32,000 bases of DNA from Nostoc sp. PCC 7120 = FACHB-418 (GTDB lineage: Bacteria > Cyanobacteriota > Cyanobacteriia > Cyanobacteriales > Nostocaceae). A program made the translations under genes and the position numbers. The stretch lies in assembly GCF_000009705.1 (NCBI RefSeq), contig NC_003272.1, forward strand, positions 3,600,001-3,632,000. The letters run 5' to 3'. The notes under the pieces were generated by a model, which saw only the letters and a program-made list of their open reading frames with translations, did not search any database and was not told where the DNA came from. Shown piece by piece: positions 27,154-32,000 of this stretch (positions are counted from its first letter, which is position 1; the number at the start of each line of letters is the position of its first letter).

Positions 27154-29811
27154 ATGGAACCTTTAACTACTGCTGCGATGTCTGACGACAAGCTGCAACC
27201 CTGTGGAAACAACAAAACCAAACGCATCTACGCAATTAGCTCTGTAGTCAGCAATAAAACCTTAACAAAAATGAGTAAGAGAACAGTTAAGAGATTATTA
27301 ACTGTCAGTGCAGTTTCTTTCTCTTGTCTCTGGTTGTCTGTAATGCCAATGAGTAAGGTATGGGCGCAAATTAGTCAAGATCCAGAAATTTCTACCTATA
27401 TTCAACAGTTAAAAGACAAAGATGCAAATGTTCGCTTTAATGCTGCTTCTGCCCTGTGGAACATGGGAGGGGAAGCAAAGGCAGCAATTCCCTCTTTGAT
27501 TCTGGCTTTGCAGTCCGACAAAGATGCAAATGTTCGCTCTACTGCTGCTTTTGCCCTGGGGAGCATGGGAGGGGAAGCAAAGGCAGCAATTCCCTCTTTG
27601 ATTCTGGCTTTGCAGTCCGACAAAGATGCAAATGTTCGCTCTACTGCTGCTTTTGCCCTGGGGAGGATGGGAGGGGAAGCAAAGGCAGCGATTCCCTCTT
27701 TGATTCAGGCTTTGCAGTCCGACAAAGATGCAAATGTTCGCTCTACTGCTGCTTTTGCCCTGGGGAGGATGGGAGGGGAAGCAAAGGCAGCAATTCCCTC
27801 TTTGATTCTGGCTTTGCAGTCCGACAAAGATGCAAATGTTCGCTCTACTGCTGCTTTTGCCCTGGGGAGGATGGGAGGGGAAGCAAAGGCAGCGATTCCC
27901 TCTTTGATTCAGGCTTTGCAGTCCGACAAAGATGCAAATGTTCGCTCTACTGCTGCTAATGTCCTGGGGAGCATGGGAGGGGAAGCAAAGGCAGCAATTC
28001 CCTCTTTGATTCTGGCTTTGCAGTCCGACAAAGATGCAAATGTTCGCTTTAATGCTGCTGATGCTTTAGCAACAATAAGTGCCAGCTTTCAAGACAAGGC
28101 AGGTACTATGGCTTTTGCAGAGTTAGACAAAGCCATAGAGGATTTAGAAAAAGTACTCAAAGCGTTAAAGGATAATAAAGATAAAAATTTAGACACCAGC
28201 ATTACCTCTGTCAATCGTTCTCTTGATGCCTTAAAAACCAAAAGACAATCTCGCCTCCTTGACAGAACTTTAGAATGGATGACGAAAAACCCTTGGGTAA
28301 CAGGGGGATTAATTTACATTATCTTCTTCCCCTCCCTCTGGCTCATCTTGTTGCGGGTGCGTCCTTTGTGGGTATTACACGTCAACAATGCCCTTAAACC
28401 TTTATCTAGTTTTAAATTACCCGATGCCCTTGGCGGTGTAGCTTTCCCGATTCGCACATTATTATTTATCGAATTTTTTAACTATCACCCCAGAGTCCTT
28501 GATGCTTGGGTAGAAAAACGCCTCACCTCTGCCAAAGAAGGATTTAACAAAAAGAAAACTGTCACAGAACGTTCGATTTTCGTCCCCATTCCCGTAGTTT
28601 TAGATAATAATAATCTCGCTCAATTTACAGCCACAGACTTACAACTAATATTTAACCAAAAACGTGCAACATTATTAATTTGGGGAGAAGGTGGTGCAGG
28701 TAAAACCAGTCTGGCTTGTACTTTGGCGCAATGGGCAATGAATGACAATGAAAGTCAGCGCCTATCTAAACACCAAATGTTACCAGTCTTAATTGAACAA
28801 GAATTAGATCATCCTTTAAAAGAAACTATCGGCGGACAACTGCAAGCACTTATCAGCGAAACCAAAACAATTGACGATGAATTGTTAACTAATTTACTCC
28901 GTCAACGCCGAATTTTAGTCATAGTAGATCACTTTTCGGAAATGAGTGAAGCGACACGCAACAAAATTCATCCCGCAGAAAAAGATTTCCCGGTAAACGC
29001 CCTCATTGTCACTTCTCGCGTAGAAGAAAAATTAAACGAAGTACCCAAAACCACAATTCAACCCCTGCGGGTTGCTGGTGATAGACTCTCATCTTTCATG
29101 GAAGCTTATTTAACACAACGCCGCAAACGTGATTTGTTTACTGATGTGGAATATTTTGATGCTTGTCACCGTCTTTCGTTGATGGTAGGACAACGCAATA
29201 TTACCGTGTTACTGGCGAAACTCTACGCTGAACAAATGATTGCCACAAAAGAAGGAACAGCAAGTGATTTACCAGAAAATATCCCTGATTTAATGCTGGC
29301 ATACCTCAACGAACTTAACCGGGATAGATTAGAAACTGAACCAAATAATCGCACTGTCCAAAGAGATGCGAAGGTAATTGCTTGGCAATGTCTAAAAACC
29401 ACTTTCCGTCCCACATCAGCCAAACTAGAAGATATCTTAGCCGCCCTTGATGACGGTAATAAAGTAGAAGAACGTTTACAACATTTAGAAAAACGCCTGC
29501 GTCTCATTCAAACTATCGGCGCAGCCCAAGATAAAATCCGCTTGGCATTAGATCCCTTAGCTGAGTATCTAGCTGGTTTATATTTAATAGATAGCTACGG
29601 TGGAGATACAGCATCTTGGCGAGGCTTTCTCTCACAAGTCAATACTATACCCGATGTGGAATTAATTAAAGGTTTCCTCTTAGCCGTGCAGGATTGTTGT
29701 TTAGCATTGGGCAACGAAGCCGGAGTTCCCGACTTTGTGGCGGACGAACTAGCCTTGAAGACTGCTTTAACTACACCAGCACCTACTGTGTTAGTTGGTA
29801 ATTCGCAATGA
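27154..29811 (+). CDS. Large protein with a signal/anchor, a HEAT-repeat array, a TM segment and a STAND-like (NACHT/NB-ARC-like) P-loop NTPase
   Basis: A signal-like segment (LLTVSAVSFSCLWLSVMPMSKVWAQ) is followed by six full and one partial 34-aa HEAT/PBS-lyase-type repeats (DKDANVRSTAAFALGRMGGEAKAAIPSLILALQS). The TM segment is WVTGGLIYIIFFPSLWLILL. Walker A is GEGGAGKTSLA (28684-28707), Walker B is ILVIVD (28912-28929), and ALIVTSR follows. The start may be the ATG at 27271 instead of 27154. Confidence 0.8.
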   Translation: MEPLTTAAMSDDKLQPCGNNKTKRIYAISSVVSNKTLTKMSKRTVKRLLTVSAVSFSCLWLSVMPMSKVWAQISQDPEISTYIQQLKDKDANVRFNAASALWNMGGEAKAAIPSLILALQSDKDANVRSTAAFALGSMGGEAKAAIPSLILALQSDKDANVRSTAAFALGRMGGEAKAAIPSLIQALQSDKDANVRSTAAFALGRMGGEAKAAIPSLILALQSDKDANVRSTAAFALGRMGGEAKAAIPSLIQALQSDKDANVRSTAANVLGSMGGEAKAAIPSLILALQSDKDANVRFNAADALATISASFQDKAGTMAFAELDKAIEDLEKVLKALKDNKDKNLDTSITSVNRSLDALKTKRQSRLLDRTLEWMTKNPWVTGGLIYIIFFPSLWLILLRVRPLWVLHVNNALKPLSSFKLPDALGGVAFPIRTLLFIEFFNYHPRVLDAWVEKRLTSAKEGFNKKKTVTERSIFVPIPVVLDNNNLAQFTATDLQLIFNQKRATLLIWGEGGAGKTSLACTLAQWAMNDNESQRLSKHQMLPVLIEQELDHPLKETIGGQLQALISETKTIDDELLTNLLRQRRILVIVDHFSEMSEATRNKIHPAEKDFPVNALIVTSRVEEKLNEVPKTTIQPLRVAGDRLSSFMEAYLTQRRKRDLFTDVEYFDACHRLSLMVGQRNITVLLAKLYAEQMIATKEGTASDLPENIPDLMLAYLNELNRDRLETEPNNRTVQRDAKVIAWQCLKTTFRPTSAKLEDILAALDDGNKVEERLQHLEKRLRLIQTIGAAQDKIRLALDPLAEYLAGLYLIDSYGGDTASWRGFLSQVNTIPDVELIKGFLLAVQDCCLALGNEAGVPDFVADELALKTALTTPAPTVLVGNSQ
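27415..28066 (+). repeat. Tandem 102-nt coding repeat (six full units plus the conserved start of a seventh)
   Basis: Unit starts fall at 27415, 27517, 27619, 27721, 27823, 27925 and 28027. The middle units differ at only a few positions. Confidence 0.95.
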
Positions 29812-30036
29812 TGCAGCGCTCATATTCTACATAGCCTAAGTAAATGCGTCTAAGCATTTGTCCTATCAGCTTGTGCAGTAGAGCAAAACTATTACACCAA
29901 GTCTCAACAGACAATCTTTCTGGGTAAGCTTTGACAGTAAATTCCTCAATGCCAACTGTGCTACTTATGGAGTTATGATTTTTAAGTTATTAAATCTTAG
30001 CTGATGAGTTCGCCCAGTATTTTTTAGGTTAATGAG

Positions 30037-30960
30037 ATGACTGTTGCAAAAAAGCACTGGTTTCAAATAGCTTTTCAACTTAGAGGCTCAGTTATTGGCG
30101 CAATTTACAAACGCGTTATTTGCTGTGCTTTATTTGGGGTATTAGTTACTTTACTTTATCAACTAAAAATTCCAGTATCTCAACCAATTTTAGGTAGCGT
30201 TATTCCTAGTATTGTTCTAGGTTTATTACTCGTTTTTCGGACAAATACTGCTTATGATCGTTTTTGGGAAGGGAGGAAAGCCTGGGGTTCTATAGTCAAC
30301 AATACCCGTAATCTAGCTAGACAAATTTGGGTATCAGTGGAGGAAGTATCACTAAAGGATAGAGAAGCTAAAATATCAGTTTTAAATTTACTAGTAGCTT
30401 TTGCTGTAGCTACTAAATTGCATTTGCGTGGAGAACCGATAAATAGTGAACTAGAAGATTTGATATCAACTTCTCGATATTTCAAACTTAAGAGCATGAA
30501 TAATCCGCCTTTAGAAGTAGCGTTCTGGATTGGAGATTATTTACAACAGCAATATACTTGCAAGTGCTTAAATAGTTATCAATTAACATCTATACAAGAA
30601 TTATTAAACAATTTAGTTGATAATTTAGGTTCTTGTGAACGGATTCTCAGAACACCTATGCCTTTAGCTTATTCTATACATCTCAAGCAATTATTATTAT
30701 TATATTGTTTTCTCCTGCCTTTTCAAATGGTGGAGAGTTTGGGTTGGTGGACGGGTTTAGTTGTGGGGTTAGTGAGTTTTACATTATTTGGTATTGAAGC
30801 GATTGGCTTAGAGATTGAAAATCCTTTTGGCTATGATCCTAACGATTTACCATTAGATGCTATCTGTAACACTATGAAGCGAAATATTGACGATTTAACT
30901 AGTTTATCTCCCAATGTGCGTTCTCATGATCTGGGTGAAACTTCAAATGTGACAATATAA
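30037..30960 (+). CDS. Bestrophin-family (YneE/UPF0187) ion channel
   Basis: FRTNTAYDRFWEGRKAWG is the family signature as I recall it, and there are four hydrophobic segments. Confidence 0.75.
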   Translation: MTVAKKHWFQIAFQLRGSVIGAIYKRVICCALFGVLVTLLYQLKIPVSQPILGSVIPSIVLGLLLVFRTNTAYDRFWEGRKAWGSIVNNTRNLARQIWVSVEEVSLKDREAKISVLNLLVAFAVATKLHLRGEPINSELEDLISTSRYFKLKSMNNPPLEVAFWIGDYLQQQYTCKCLNSYQLTSIQELLNNLVDNLGSCERILRTPMPLAYSIHLKQLLLLYCFLLPFQMVESLGWWTGLVVGLVSFTLFGIEAIGLEIENPFGYDPNDLPLDAICNTMKRNIDDLTSLSPNVRSHDLGETSNVTI

Positions 30961-30981
30961 GAAATTGGCAAAGCAAAACTT

Positions 30982-31548
30982 ATGCAAACAGCCAGTAAGC
31001 CTTTGAGCCTAGCTGAATTTTTAATACTGCCAGAGACAAAACCCGCTAATGAGTTTATTGATGGTTATATATACCAAAAACCCATGCCCCAAGGAAAGCA
31101 TAGTACTCTACAGATTCGACTTGCAGATGGTATCAATGAGGTAGGCTTTCCCAGTAAAACCGCTTACGCTTTTCCAGAATTGAGGTGTACGTTTTCTGGA
31201 CGTTCAATTGTTCCCGATATTGCTGTATTTCGTTGGGAGAAAATCCCCTTTGATGCAGATGGCGAGGTAGCTAATGCTTTTGAAATTCCTCCCGATTGGA
31301 CAATTGAAATTCTCTCACCGGAGCAATCGCAAACACGAGTCACAGACAATATACTTTTTTGCTTACGCCATCAAACTAGTTTAGGATGGTTGATTGATCC
31401 AGCTGAGAAAGCGGTTATTTGCTTTTTACCCAATCAATTACCAGAAATCAAACGACAATTTGATGATATTTTACCTGTGCCAGATTTTCTGGATTTCAGA
31501 TTGACAGTTGGGCAATTATTTGCATGGCTGAAATTGGGATTCCAGTAA
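30982..31548 (+). CDS. Uma2-family (DUF820) PD-(D/E)xK-like endonuclease
   Basis: LSLAEFLILPETKPANEFIDGYIYQKPMPQGKHS, PDIAVF and PDWTIEILSP form the typical pattern of cyanobacterial Uma2 proteins. Confidence 0.8.
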   Translation: MQTASKPLSLAEFLILPETKPANEFIDGYIYQKPMPQGKHSTLQIRLADGINEVGFPSKTAYAFPELRCTFSGRSIVPDIAVFRWEKIPFDADGEVANAFEIPPDWTIEILSPEQSQTRVTDNILFCLRHQTSLGWLIDPAEKAVICFLPNQLPEIKRQFDDILPVPDFLDFRLTVGQLFAWLKLGFQ

Positions 31549-31554
31549 CTTTGT

Positions 31555-32000
31555 TCACAGCCGTCGGATACTTATTTCCAAGCCTTCACACACACTTGTG
31601 AGAAAATCTAAATCGAGAGTAGCGATCGCATCACTAGCTTGATGATAGTGAGGATTCCGCAAAAAGGCTGTATCTGTCACCATAATTGCTGGATAACCTG
31701 CATCCCAAAACGGTGCATGATCGCTTAATCTGGTTTGGGGAACAATCAAACCCCGCTTTGGGACTGGTAGCCACTGGCTTGATACCCCAGCTTTGCGGAT
31801 ATTGCGACTCATACCGATTAAGTCGGGGATAGTGCGTAAATTACCAATTAAAGCAATAAAATCACCTGTATTAGGGTAAAATTTTTCTAATGGTGCAGGA
31901 TATCTCTGCGAACCGGGTGTAGAGTCCCGATATCCCAACATTTCTAGTGACATCATCAATCGTAACGGCTGCTGTTGTTGACGTAATAAGCCTGCATAAT
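31555..32000 (-). CDS. M28-family peptidase-like protein, C-terminal part; the 5' end lies outside the window
   Basis: The reading frame stays open upstream of the track start all the way to nt 32000. SLEMLGY, SDHAPFW and RNPHYHQASD are M28-like zinc-ligand regions. Confidence 0.65.
   Translation of the reverse strand, partial: YAGLLRQQQQPLRLMMSLEMLGYRDSTPGSQRYPAPLEKFYPNTGDFIALIGNLRTIPDLIGMSRNIRKAGVSSQWLPVPKRGLIVPQTRLSDHAPFWDAGYPAIMVTDTAFLRNPHYHQASDAIATLDLDFLTSVCEGLEISIRRL

Noticed and set aside
27402-27959. Long ORFs in other frames or strands across the HEAT repeats (27456..27959 + and 27402..27623 -)
   Set aside because: They exist only because a stop-free 102-nt unit is repeated. Their translations are periodic, Cys/Arg-rich and low in complexity, and they lie wholly inside a well-supported CDS.
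27415-28066. A regular repeat array that could be mistaken for a CRISPR array
   Set aside because: The units are directly adjacent with no unique spacers. Their length is 102 nt, they are in frame, and they encode HEAT repeats. No cas genes are present in the window.

Overview
The window looks like chromosomal DNA from a filamentous, Nostocales-type cyanobacterium. It has more than 30 copies of the HIP1 octamer GCGATCGC, several STRR-like heptamer arrays (CCCCAGT, AGTTGTC, CCCCAAT, ATTACCN), a nifV-like gene, and a dispersed family of roughly 120-bp hairpin (MITE-like) elements. Most of the window is housekeeping: nnr (3' part), an SDR oxidoreductase, NDH-2, sdhA, a histidine phosphatase, glk, lepB, PBP1A, tyrS and pyrF. 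Three accessory patches stand out. (1) Nt 666-3934 holds a DUF433/DUF5615 toxin-antitoxin-like pair next to a visibly AT-rich minus-strand cassette. The cassette reads, in order, structured leader, 53-codon ORF, XRE-type HTH, retron-type reverse transcriptase (NAxxH, YMDD and ITG motifs), then a RecB/Cas4-like PD-(D/E)xK nuclease. This is the best candidate for an undescribed RT-based defence system, and the leader contains a plausible a1/a2-bracketed msr-msd-like RNA. (2) Nt 7854-9272 holds a photolyase/cryptochrome split into two genes in swapped domain order, with a four-Cys set suggestive of an Fe-S cluster. (3) Nt 26455-31600 has no HIP1 sites. It carries an orphan antitoxin, a vapC/DUF433 fusion remnant, a large signal-peptide/HEAT-repeat/TM/STAND-like NTPase whose repeats are nearly identical 102-nt units, a bestrophin-like channel and a Uma2 nuclease. 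All functional calls come from motif recognition by eye. No database search was run.
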